A stretch of DNA of 64,000 nt, from the NCBI GenBank assembly GCA_029856145.1, contig JAHQWK010000001.1, positions 544,001 through 608,000 of the forward strand, in the 5' to 3' direction. Under the pieces are notes generated by a model. That model was not told the origin of the DNA, did no database searches, and worked only from the letters and a program-made list of their open reading frames with translations. This DNA is from Promethearchaeia archaeon. GTDB taxonomy: Archaea; Asgardarchaeota; Lokiarchaeia; Sigyniarchaeales; SOKP01. Positions within the stretch are counted from its first letter, which is position 1; every line of letters begins with the position of its first letter. Shown in pieces: positions 10,222 to 19,350 of the stretch. Both the position numbers and the translations under genes were made by a program.

Positions 10222-12477
10222 TTACTTGATCGGCCTCGAATTCGCTTGAAAAATAGGCCCAATGAACTGAGAATAAAGTTTAGCATAACCTTCTTGATTA
10301 GAGACAATTGCTATAAGTTCCGTCTCTTTTTCTGTAGCAGGTGCAAGGATTACTTCCTCCGCATCCCGAGTAACAGCAAAAAATTCACCGGTTGTTTGTA
10401 GTTGCCGGAACTGTATGTTTCCAAGTTGACGCATCTTCGCGATTATCCCGCTGTATTGCTGTATATCCCAATGTGTTGTTAACATAAACCGTACAGCCTT
10501 TTTCTGGAAAGCGTATTCAGAAACAACCTGTAGAATCTCAGGAACTACATATGGGGTAACGATGATAATTGAAGATTTTACTCGATAAATTGCATCTTTT
10601 ATAGCCGCAACCATGGCGTCTTTTCCAATCACAGGCCATGTTGTAACCTTAGCTATTTCTGGAATCGCGCTAGAGGCGTTATGAATATCAGATAACTTAC
10701 TTTCATTATTTTCACCTAATTCAGTAGCATCATCGATTGAATTCATAAATTGTAAAGTAAAATCAGCTATAGCATCTTTAACATTTTGATTAGTATCTCT
10801 TGTAGTATTTGATAAACTATTTTGAAGAGTTTTTGCGTTTTGTTCATATTTAGACTTATGATCTAAGAGCATATCGGATAAAGTAGTGTCCATACCTTTA
10901 GCTTCAGCATTCCATAATCTAATTTCACTATCAATTTTCTCTGAGCAATCTCTTTTACCATTATCAAAATTTGTATCGACATCTCTTGTCCAGTCAGCAC
11001 TTATTCTTTTAATTTCAAGATCAAAATCAGTATAATGTTTTAAAGAATTTTCCTTATGATTTTTTATTGCGTCATCGTATTGTCTATGATGCGTTTTAAG
11101 TGAGCTTTCTAGAGAATCTTTTAATTTTATTCTGGTGTCAGAACAATCTTTTACACCATTTTGTAAAGTATCATCTACTTCTCCAGCTAAATCAGTGGCA
11201 AGGGTTTCTAGTTGTGCTTCTATAGTTTCTTGAGCACGATAATCAAGATCGTTAGTTTCATTAGCTAATCCGTCATTTTCATTTACCATAGTATCAGTTA
11301 CATCAGATTTTATAGTATCTGTGGTTCCTCGAGTATCTGTGATATAACCGTCGCAAGTCTTTGTAAAATCAGGTTTCATTGGTTCTGTATAATTTAATAT
11401 ATTTTGTATAGTTGTTTCATGTCTTGCTTTGTATTTTTTCTTTTTACCCATCCAGAAAAATCCTTTTTTTGCCATATCCTCTGAGAAGTCAGTAAACCTA
11501 TTAGCATGTTCAAGTAAGTTATCAATTAACGTTAGTGTCATACTTTTAAAATCATTTGTCTGGTCATTCAACGTTCTATGTCTCTCATCAACAGTGGCTT
11601 TTAGGCGTGTTTGGAGAGTATCAGTAGTATTTTTCACATGATTAATGTGTTCTTTTAACAAGTTTGAAATTTTAGCTTTTAGATCAGTGATAACTTTTTC
11701 CATGCGTTCTAAATACTTTTCTAGGATTTGTTCCATTTTAGGTTTAAGTTGATTTGCGATATTTTTATGTCTTTCAACGTGCTCATCAAGTTCCATTTTT
11801 GATTCTTTATCTAAATTCTCAACTCTCGTTGAAAAATCACTTAATAAGTTCGCAATTAAAGTCGTAAGATTGTCTTTTGTTTTAGTGATTTCAGATTCAT
11901 TTCTATTTACACTTGTTACTGAAATATTTTTTAAATTCGAATTTAGTGTATCCAAAATAGTATGAATATTACTTTCTAATGTCTTAGTAGTCTCAGTAAA
12001 ACGATTAGTAGCACTATCAATTCGGTTCCTTTTAGTATTATTCTTTGAATCGGAGTCTTCGAAAAATACTTTGATTTGGGTATCAACAGCATTTTCTACT
12101 TCCCCAATACTTTTGTCTTGAATAGCTTCAAGCTTCTCAAATCGATTAGATTGATCGGCTAAGATATTATCCTTAATTTTGGCAATTTCATTTCTAAATT
12201 TTGCTGCTTCATTAGTAAATAATTCGAAATATGGCTGAAGTGGAATGTACCTATCAATAATACCTTCAACTTTCTTGAGGAAACCTTTCTCAACTAACCA
12301 ATTAGTGACTTCTAATACAGTTTCATATGTTAGAGCTTCATTTCCTTCTGTTAAAGTCATGAATACTTCAGAAGGTGTTGCACGTGGAACTCTTAAATAC
12401 ACTAAATAGATGTTGATATGTTCCTCAGTAAAACCATATCGAGTGAATACTTCTTTAGTGAAATCTTTTAACGACAT
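10222..12477 (-). CDS. TrmB-like protein: N-terminal winged helix, very long helical/coiled-coil spacer, C-terminal PLD-like effector fold
   Basis: YGFTEEHINIYLVYL...ATPSEV...V..VTNWLVEKGFL..V.G...RYIPLQP; about 500 aa of amphipathic helix; VIGKDAMVAAIKDAIYRVKSSIIIVTP...FAVTRDAEEVILAP. Confidence 0.75.
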   Translation of the reverse strand: MSLKDFTKEVFTRYGFTEEHINIYLVYLRVPRATPSEVFMTLTEGNEALTYETVLEVTNWLVEKGFLKKVEGIIDRYIPLQPYFELFTNEAAKFRNEIAKIKDNILADQSNRFEKLEAIQDKSIGEVENAVDTQIKVFFEDSDSKNNTKRNRIDSATNRFTETTKTLESNIHTILDTLNSNLKNISVTSVNRNESEITKTKDNLTTLIANLLSDFSTRVENLDKESKMELDEHVERHKNIANQLKPKMEQILEKYLERMEKVITDLKAKISNLLKEHINHVKNTTDTLQTRLKATVDERHRTLNDQTNDFKSMTLTLIDNLLEHANRFTDFSEDMAKKGFFWMGKKKKYKARHETTIQNILNYTEPMKPDFTKTCDGYITDTRGTTDTIKSDVTDTMVNENDGLANETNDLDYRAQETIEAQLETLATDLAGEVDDTLQNGVKDCSDTRIKLKDSLESSLKTHHRQYDDAIKNHKENSLKHYTDFDLEIKRISADWTRDVDTNFDNGKRDCSEKIDSEIRLWNAEAKGMDTTLSDMLLDHKSKYEQNAKTLQNSLSNTTRDTNQNVKDAIADFTLQFMNSIDDATELGENNESKLSDIHNASSAIPEIAKVTTWPVIGKDAMVAAIKDAIYRVKSSIIIVTPYVVPEILQVVSEYAFQKKAVRFMLTTHWDIQQYSGIIAKMRQLGNIQFRQLQTTGEFFAVTRDAEEVILAPATEKETELIAIVSNQEGYAKLYSQFIGPIFQANSRPIK

Positions 12478-12632
12478 AAATTTTTCTCCATTAATTTGAA
12501 TTTGAATTTAAATTAAATTAGATTTAAGATGAATTCCTTATAAATATTGTAATTTGGAAATATTTAATAATATTTTCAAAATCATAATATTAAAACTTAA
12601 GTTCAAAGTAGCTTCAAGAATTAAAACAGATA

Positions 12633-12836
12633 ATGGAACAAGATGGTAGAACAATAATTCAGGGACAACTTGGCTATCTTACAGCTACTAATGAAACTAC
12701 GATCCCGATACTAGGGGCAAAAACAATTGAAAAAATTGAAGAGAACGCTAAAATATTGGAATTTGGTTCTCTATTATCAGATTTGGTAAAAAAAATTGAT
12801 AATCTGTGGGCAGACAAGTTTAAATTAATACCATGA
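12633..12836 (+). pseudogene. C-terminal remnant of an aldo/keto reductase
   Basis: TTIPILGAKTIEKIEENAKILEFGSL...KKIDNL matches the AKR C-terminal PIPGAKxxxQxxEN motif; the rest of the barrel is missing. Confidence 0.65.
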
Positions 12837-12947
12837 GTTAATGGGGTTGTATAGAATATTATTTGAAAATATTCATATTAATTAATCGATATCCTAATAT
12901 AACACAATATTTCATAATTTACTTATTTGTAGGATGCTTTCTCAGTT

Positions 12948-12982
12948 TAATTGGGAAGAATTATTCCTTAATGCTTTTATTA
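12948..12982 (+). promoter_or_regulatory. Putative operator copy 1 (TAATTGGGAAGAATTATTCCTTAA) followed by TATA-like TTTTATTA
   Basis: 22/24 identical to 15107-15130; contains a GGAA-N6-TTCC dyad; ends about 50 nt before ATG 13032. Confidence 0.65.
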
Positions 12983-13031
12983 CCAACTTCTTTTTTTATA
13001 ATTAGAACAAATTTGGTGTTTAAAAAAAATT

Positions 13032-13712
13032 ATGAAAAAATTTAGCAAAATAGCACTTGGATCTTTTGTCTTTCTTATGTTATTTTCGATATTCAATATT
13101 TCTAGTGTTTTAGCCGTTGAATCAAATGAAATTATGGTTAATGAAGAAAATCTTTATCAATACCAGATTGAAGCTAATAATCAAGTAATGTTCAGGTTCA
13201 TGCAACAAACTCGGTTAACATTCATGTCTAACGTAGATCTTGAAGTAAACATAGAATGCGACGCATCAGAAATTGGTGTGAAATACTTTGAAATAGAAGT
13301 AAATGGTTCAGGACCCCTATTAATGAATATGACTTGTACAGAAGAACAAGTACAACTTGGTTTAATGAAAGGATTTACTTACAGAATAAGAAACAGAAAT
13401 AGATATTTATACGAAGAGGGATTCTGTGCACAAATAAAATGCAATGGTACTTGTGATGCAAAACTTAAAATCCAAGCAAATCATCGAAATCAAAATGGAC
13501 AATGGGCACATTACAATGAAAATTCTGAAGAATGGGAACTAGTACCAACTACAATAGAGGATGGATATTTAGTTGCTGAAACAAGCGATTTCTCTTATTG
13601 GACTATATTAATCCCACAACCAGATAATACAATTTTGATTGTTGTTAGCATAGGAGGAATTTTAGGAATTATTGCTATTATTTCAGTGATGAATTATAAG
13701 AGAAGAAAGTAA
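13032..13712 (+). CDS. Membrane-anchored cell-surface protein
   Basis: Signal peptide MKKFSKIALGSFVFLMLF...VLA; beta-rich ectodomain; C-terminal TM helix and KRRK tail. Confidence 0.85.
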   Translation: MKKFSKIALGSFVFLMLFSIFNISSVLAVESNEIMVNEENLYQYQIEANNQVMFRFMQQTRLTFMSNVDLEVNIECDASEIGVKYFEIEVNGSGPLLMNMTCTEEQVQLGLMKGFTYRIRNRNRYLYEEGFCAQIKCNGTCDAKLKIQANHRNQNGQWAHYNENSEEWELVPTTIEDGYLVAETSDFSYWTILIPQPDNTILIVVSIGGILGIIAIISVMNYKRRK

Positions 13713-13780
13713 AAGATTTCAAATTTTTTTTTTTTTAAAAATTTTAATATAATAATATTTTAATATAATAATTAGAAATA

Positions 13781-15040
13781 TTGGAAAGAATACAGTTGGG
13801 TATTGTTAGTGTACTAAAAAGGAAAAACTACAAGTATAGTGTTCTAGTTATTTTAATTATTTTCCTTGGGTTTAATTTCTTTCTTGTAAATATAAATGCT
13901 CGAAAAGAAACTATCGTTGGTTTTTCAACTCAAGATATGGTTCAACCAAATGAAAAAGTATCTTATCGTTTTCTAAATAATATAACTTTTGAAATTTCTT
14001 CAAATACTTTACTCAATCTTTCTATTGAATATGAAAATAATATTGAGGATCGTCAAACATATTTCATCATTAATAATAGTAATCCACTTTCATTAAACAT
14101 ATCTTCTAAAACGAGTTTACAGAACTTTGGTGTGATGCAAGCCCCAAAACAACCTCAAATGGGTAATTTTCGATTTCAGTACAGGTACAACTGTATCTAT
14201 CGAATAAGTTCGAACACATCAATTGAGAATGTAACCATTCGATATAGAAAACTTCAATATTATGGTTTAAATCCAGAAACTTCATATTCTTTAGCGATAT
14301 TTGAGATTTCCCAAGATTCATGGGAATTAATTGATACTTTCGAGCTTGTTAATGAAACAAGCTCAGAAACATATTTAGAAAGTTCTCTTTCAAATCTACA
14401 ACAAGATACTGAATATTTTATTACTCTTTTTGAAGTTGGGATTATACAGGAGGATTGGAATTGGTTAATAATTACAATTTCTATAATTGGTATTGTTTCT
14501 TTAGTAATTTTAATTTCAAAAAGAGATTATTTCCAATACTTGAGAACAAGAACAGTACCAATAGAGAAAGGAGCTCATCGATTAACCTTAGAAGATGTTT
14601 TGGAAAATGAAAATCGAAATAAAATAATCGATTTAATTCTAAATGGACCTGGAATCCATTTTAATGAATTATTACGAAAAACAGGACTAGCAGCAGGAAA
14701 TTTAGTGTGGCATCTCGATATTTTGCTAACGTACAAAGTGATTGGCAAGAAAAGAATTGGAAATTTACTTGTTTATTTTCCTTATTATCAAAAAAACCCA
14801 ATTTCAAATGTTGATATAACATTACAAAAAAGCAAATTGACTTTAGAAATCTTAAAAATGATTGAAAAGGATCCGGGAATTTGGAATAATCTAATTACTA
14901 AGAAACTTAAAGTTGATCACAAAACAATATTATACCATATAAATAAACTAGAAGAGCTAGGCTTGATTAATTTTAAAAAGGAAGGAAGGAAAAAAAGAAT
15001 ATTTCCAAATCTAGAGTCGGATTATTTCAATATTAAGTAG
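13781..15040 (+). CDS. Membrane-anchored one-component transcriptional regulator (ectodomain, TM, tandem winged HTH)
   Basis: N-terminal hydrophobic segment, TM at about aa 228-246, then VLENENRNKIIDLI...PGIHFNELLRKTGL..GNLVWHLDIL and EILKMI..DPGI...HKTILYHINKLEELGLI. Confidence 0.85.
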   Translation: MERIQLGIVSVLKRKNYKYSVLVILIIFLGFNFFLVNINARKETIVGFSTQDMVQPNEKVSYRFLNNITFEISSNTLLNLSIEYENNIEDRQTYFIINNSNPLSLNISSKTSLQNFGVMQAPKQPQMGNFRFQYRYNCIYRISSNTSIENVTIRYRKLQYYGLNPETSYSLAIFEISQDSWELIDTFELVNETSSETYLESSLSNLQQDTEYFITLFEVGIIQEDWNWLIITISIIGIVSLVILISKRDYFQYLRTRTVPIEKGAHRLTLEDVLENENRNKIIDLILNGPGIHFNELLRKTGLAAGNLVWHLDILLTYKVIGKKRIGNLLVYFPYYQKNPISNVDITLQKSKLTLEILKMIEKDPGIWNNLITKKLKVDHKTILYHINKLEELGLINFKKEGRKKRIFPNLESDYFNIK

Positions 15041-15106
15041 ACAACATCTTCTCTTTTTAACATAAATGTGCAATTCACATCTCTTAATACTTTATCTTAA
15101 ATTTCC

Positions 15107-15140
15107 TAATTGGGAAAAATTATACCTTAACTCTTTATTA
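15107..15140 (+). promoter_or_regulatory. Putative operator copy 2 (TAATTGGGAAAAATTATACCTTAA) followed by TATA-like TTTATTA
   Basis: Near-identical to 12948-12971 with near-identical spacing to a TATA-like element; upstream of ATG 15224. Confidence 0.65.
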
Positions 15141-15223
15141 AAATTATTCTATTTTAAAAGTTGATAAAAAAATAATATAAAAGGTGTAGTGAAATTAGTG
15201 TAACTAATTTAAAAAAGGAAATA

Positions 15224-15622
15224 ATGATATTTTTTGATTTACTATTTAAAAAAACTGATGCAATTTCCTGTAGTTTAATAGATCAAGAAGATAATGTTAT
15301 AATCTCTAAAAATCAAGATTCAAACTCTCAAACTTATCAGGTTGAGCTTAAAAAATTATATAAGGTTATTAAATTAATATCAAAAAATTTTAAAACACTT
15401 TTAGATTATCAGACAAAAATCCAAACTATTATGGTTTCTGAGATAAATAACATTGAAGATAAAGGATTTTTTCTTTTAATAAAATCTTTTAATGTAGATA
15501 AAACATTAATAGCTATTTTTCCTCCTACTACCCCTCATCAAGATGCTTTTAATAAGTTCAAGAAGACAATTAAAATACTATCATATTATTTCAGTAAATT
15601 AGAATCCCCTCTTATTAGCTAA
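15224..15622 (+). CDS. Roadblock/LC7-like (or profilin/longin-like) fold protein
   Basis: 132 aa; pattern of helix, beta hairpin (ISCSLIDQEDNVII), helix, three strands, C-terminal helix. Confidence 0.5.
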   Translation: MIFFDLLFKKTDAISCSLIDQEDNVIISKNQDSNSQTYQVELKKLYKVIKLISKNFKTLLDYQTKIQTIMVSEINNIEDKGFFLLIKSFNVDKTLIAIFPPTTPHQDAFNKFKKTIKILSYYFSKLESPLIS

Positions 15623-15859
15623 AAAATCTCTCGTATCAGATTTTTTTAAAGGCTGGCAAACCAGGATTTAATTTGAGGAGCACAACGAGTACTTAGATTT
15701 TAAATTAGGTATCGGCATCAATTTAGAAATATCCAATTTTCACATTATATATTTCGGAAAATAATCGAGAAGTGTTGAAAAGTGTTATAGGATATTAGAA
15801 AAGCATTTTTAATTGTTATTTGATTAGATATTATTAAAAATATTAAATGAAATTTAAAA

Positions 15860-16363
15860 ATGATAGATCCAGAGGTATTTTTAAAATTTCTTAAAGGAAG
15901 AAGAAGTATTAGATCATTTCAAGATAAGTCAATAACAGAAAAAGAATTAGGAATGATTTTAGAAGCGGGAAGATGGACTCCCAGTGCTTCACACCGACAA
16001 CCATGGGAGTTTATTGTGATAAAAAATAACGAAATTTTAGAGAAAATCTCTAAAAATGCATTTTATGGTAAATTCATAAAAGAAGCACCAGTTGCAATTG
16101 CTATTGTCGGCAAGATTAAAACTAGTAGTAAGTGGTATTTAATCGATACATCACTAGTTTCAATGAATATGATGTTAATGGCATGGACCTTAGGAATAGG
16201 ATCTTGCTGGATAGGAGCCATGAACAGAGAAAAGGTAAAAAACTTATTAGGATTAAAGGAAACTGATCATCTTTTAACTATATTACCTTTCGGTTATATA
16301 AAAGGGAGTATTCCAGAACCTAAACCCAGGAAACCTCTAAATAAAATAGTAAAAAATGTATAA
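15860..16363 (+). CDS. Nitroreductase family protein
   Basis: RRSIRSF, PSASHRQPWEFIVI, LGIGSCWIG. Confidence 0.93.
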   Translation: MIDPEVFLKFLKGRRSIRSFQDKSITEKELGMILEAGRWTPSASHRQPWEFIVIKNNEILEKISKNAFYGKFIKEAPVAIAIVGKIKTSSKWYLIDTSLVSMNMMLMAWTLGIGSCWIGAMNREKVKNLLGLKETDHLLTILPFGYIKGSIPEPKPRKPLNKIVKNV

Positions 16364-16377
16364 TTTTCTCAGAACAA

Positions 16378-17544
16378 TTATAGTGAAATTGTTATTTCTT
16401 CAAGAGTCTCTGGGGCTTTAGTTAACTTTTGATATCCTTCTTCTGTTATTAAAACAGTGTCAGAATGACGAAATCCGCCTATTCCTGGAATATATATACC
16501 AGGTTCGACACTTATTACCATATTTTTTTCAAAAGGTTTATCATAACCCTCAGCTAGAAATGGTGCTTCATGCCCCGTAATACCAAGACCATGTCCTGTA
16601 CGATGTATGATATAATCACCATATCCTTTTTCTGTAATTAATTTCCTTACTTTTTTATCCACTTCACTCATAATTATACCTGGTTTGAGCATACCATATG
16701 CTAAAGCTCTTGCTTCAAACATCGCTTCAAAAGGTTTTATAGTCTCCTCGGGTACATGTCCTAAGAAAAAAGTTCTTTCAATCTCAACTCCATAACCATC
16801 TACCTGAGCAGATACTATTGAAACATGAGGACCACCTTCTTCCATCTCTTTAAAGATATGTGGTATTAAGTGAGGGTCATGTGAAATTGATGGTGGCCAA
16901 ACAGCTCCTGTAGTTTCTGTGGCTCTAAAGTTAGCATGGGGTATATCTTGTACTATTTTAGATGTCATAGCATCAGTGACTTCTTTATATAAGGCAAACT
17001 CAAGAATTTTTGGACGACATTTTTTTAGCAATACCTTATGACCTTTATTCACTACTCTACATGCATGATAAATACGTCCAATCTCATAATCAGTTTTAAT
17101 AATTCTGACATCGTCAATTATATCTGTTACCACAATTTTTCCAGGAGTCTTATTAGCAATACCGATTGGTAATTCGGATTCAATTCCAACCTTAGCATCT
17201 AACTTAATTTGCTTCTGAAAATGATCATACCAATTTTCACCGCTTTTAGCAGGAAATTCATAATATATAACAAATCCAAGTTCGCATCGAGCTCTAGATT
17301 CAAAATGACCCTTTTCTAATTGAGGGATCAACATTTTTGGTATTCCTTCTTTCTCTATAATTAATAAAAAAGGGCGCTCATGCACATAAAAGGCAAAATT
17401 GGTTAAATAGTAGATATTTACGGGATTAAATGAAACATAATAATCCAAATTCTTTGCTTTCATTAATGATCTGACCTTCTCTAGACGATTCGATAACTCT
17501 TCACTACTAGGAGGGCTTGTAATCGCTTTAAGTTTTATACTCAT
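16378..17544 (-). CDS. M24 family (Xaa-Pro peptidase/creatinase-like) protein
   Basis: N-terminal creatinase domain; HRTGHGLG..GHEAP, SVEPGIY..G.GGFRHSDTV. Confidence 0.9.
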   Translation of the reverse strand: MSIKLKAITSPPSSEELSNRLEKVRSLMKAKNLDYYVSFNPVNIYYLTNFAFYVHERPFLLIIEKEGIPKMLIPQLEKGHFESRARCELGFVIYYEFPAKSGENWYDHFQKQIKLDAKVGIESELPIGIANKTPGKIVVTDIIDDVRIIKTDYEIGRIYHACRVVNKGHKVLLKKCRPKILEFALYKEVTDAMTSKIVQDIPHANFRATETTGAVWPPSISHDPHLIPHIFKEMEEGGPHVSIVSAQVDGYGVEIERTFFLGHVPEETIKPFEAMFEARALAYGMLKPGIIMSEVDKKVRKLITEKGYGDYIIHRTGHGLGITGHEAPFLAEGYDKPFEKNMVISVEPGIYIPGIGGFRHSDTVLITEEGYQKLTKAPETLEEITISL

Positions 17545-17621
17545 AATTTATATCTATAATTTATTAGAATATAATAATCATATAAGACTAAATTATAAAT
17601 AAAACATTTATTTTCTTGAAA

Positions 17622-19214
17622 ATGACTCGTGGATATTTTGGTTTAGTTTTACATGGACATATTCCATGGTGCAAAAAATCCGGAACTTGGCCTGCAGGTG
17701 AAGAATGGCTCCTGGAGGCTATGAATGAGACATATATTCCTTTTTTAAATATTTTAAGGGAATTAAGGGAGAATAGAATAAAAACAGCTATTACGATTAA
17801 TATTACACCAATCTTGGCTGAACAATTAGCAGATGAATATATGAAACATCGATTTTCAGAATATATGGAAGATTTGATCTCAAGGGCAAAAAAAGACATT
17901 AAAAGGTTTGAAAACCATCCTGAGAGAAAGAAAATATCAGAGTTTTATCTAAAGAATTTTGAGTATGTATTAGATACTTTTTATCACAATTATTTTAGAG
18001 ATACTTTAGGGAGTTTTAAATGGCTCCAAGATGAGGGGATGATTGAATTAATAACATGTGGCGCAACACATGGTTTTTTACCACTTTTTGAGAGCGATTC
18101 TGGCATTTTTTCACAGATTCAGCTTGCTGTTGACACTCATAAACAGTATTTCCAAAAAGAACCTAAAGGTATTTGGCTTCCTGAATGTGCTTATAGACCA
18201 AAAAAATATAAAGATGGAAAGCTCCGAGAGACTATTGATTATTGGTTAAATAATTCTAAAATAGAATATTTCTTTGTAGATTCTCACGGAATATTAGATG
18301 CTGAAATTATAGAGCAGAAGAATGATATAGGATTAAATATAAATTTTGGTTATAATTTAGAGACGGGTGTATCAGTGTTTGGTAGAAATAAAAAAACAAG
18401 TCAACAAGTTTGGGATGCAAAGATAGGGTATCCTGGTAGTGAATATTATAGAGAATTTCATAGAAAAGATCATGAATCAGGATTATATTATTGGAGAATT
18501 ACTAGCAAAGAATTAGGAGAAGGGGAAAAACAACTATATAATATTGAGAAGGCAAAAAAAATGGTCAAGTCCCATGCTAATCATTTTGTTTCATTAATTT
18601 CTGAAGAATTAAATCAATTTTCAGAAAAATATGGACCTAAAGGAATTATAATTTCTCCCTATGATTTTGAGCTCTATGGTCATTGGTGGATGGAAGGTAT
18701 ACCTTGGCTAAAACAAATATTTGAATTGATTCAATACCATGAGGATATAGAATTGATCAATATTAGCGATTACATATCTAAATTTAAAGACTATTTTTCA
18801 GTAATTAAAATGGGTGAGAGCAGTTGGGGAGAAGGGGGTCATTTTCAGGTTTGGAAGAATCCGGAACACAGTTGGATTTGGCCATATATCAATGGTTCAA
18901 TTAAAGAGTTTGAAAATGTTTTAGAAAATATTCCCAATCCAAATGATTGGGAAGAAAGAATTCTTAAGCAAATCGCACGGGAACTTATTTTAATGGAGGG
19001 TAGTGATTGGCCATTTCTTCTTTACACTAAGCAGGCAAAAGAATACGCAAATCAAAGATTTCACCATCATCACCAAAGATTCAATAAATTAATCTGGGCA
19101 GCTAAAGACTTTAACGATAAGAATCGGTTAACTTTAGAAACTCTAGAAGAAATTAAGTCTATTGACTCTTGCTTTCAAGATATTAATATTAATTATTTTA
19201 AGAAAAATAATTGA
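17622..19214 (+). CDS. GH57 1,4-alpha-glucan branching enzyme (DUF1957)
   Basis: LVLHGHIPW, EEWLLEAMNETYIP, THGFLP, GIWLPECAY, PYDFELYGHWWMEG, SSWGEGG, SDWPF. Confidence 0.92.
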   Translation: MTRGYFGLVLHGHIPWCKKSGTWPAGEEWLLEAMNETYIPFLNILRELRENRIKTAITINITPILAEQLADEYMKHRFSEYMEDLISRAKKDIKRFENHPERKKISEFYLKNFEYVLDTFYHNYFRDTLGSFKWLQDEGMIELITCGATHGFLPLFESDSGIFSQIQLAVDTHKQYFQKEPKGIWLPECAYRPKKYKDGKLRETIDYWLNNSKIEYFFVDSHGILDAEIIEQKNDIGLNINFGYNLETGVSVFGRNKKTSQQVWDAKIGYPGSEYYREFHRKDHESGLYYWRITSKELGEGEKQLYNIEKAKKMVKSHANHFVSLISEELNQFSEKYGPKGIIISPYDFELYGHWWMEGIPWLKQIFELIQYHEDIELINISDYISKFKDYFSVIKMGESSWGEGGHFQVWKNPEHSWIWPYINGSIKEFENVLENIPNPNDWEERILKQIARELILMEGSDWPFLLYTKQAKEYANQRFHHHHQRFNKLIWAAKDFNDKNRLTLETLEEIKSIDSCFQDININYFKKNN

Positions 19215-19290
19215 AACTCATTTCAATATTTTAATTTTGTGTTATTATCCCTAACATACCTAAATATCAATTCAATTTAAATTAGTTCAC

Positions 19291-19309
19291 GTGAATTATG
19301 CATATTCAC
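19291..19309. promoter_or_regulatory. Near-perfect palindrome GTGAATTATGCATATTCAC, candidate regulator site
   Basis: Dyad ending about 40 nt upstream of ATG 19351, nested in outer ATTTAAAT arms. Confidence 0.4.
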
Positions 19310-19350
19310 TAAATTTAAATTTGTTAAAAAACTTATTTAGAGATGATTAG

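Noticed and set aside
12863-13045. 60-aa hydrophobic ORF upstream of the surface protein
   Set aside because: TTG start, AT-rich promoter DNA, and it overlaps the putative operator/TATA and the next start codon
13565-13615. GPS/GAIN-like autoproteolysis motif (AETSDFSYWTIL) before the TM helix
   Set aside because: The His of the H-x-S/T motif is replaced by Asp, and similar strands end many archaeal surface domains
15621-15800. Hairpin (AAAAAATCT...AGATTTTTT) and a slightly GC-richer stretch that might be an ncRNA or gene remnant
   Set aside because: No recognisable RNA structure or homology; reading frames are interrupted by stops; at most a terminator
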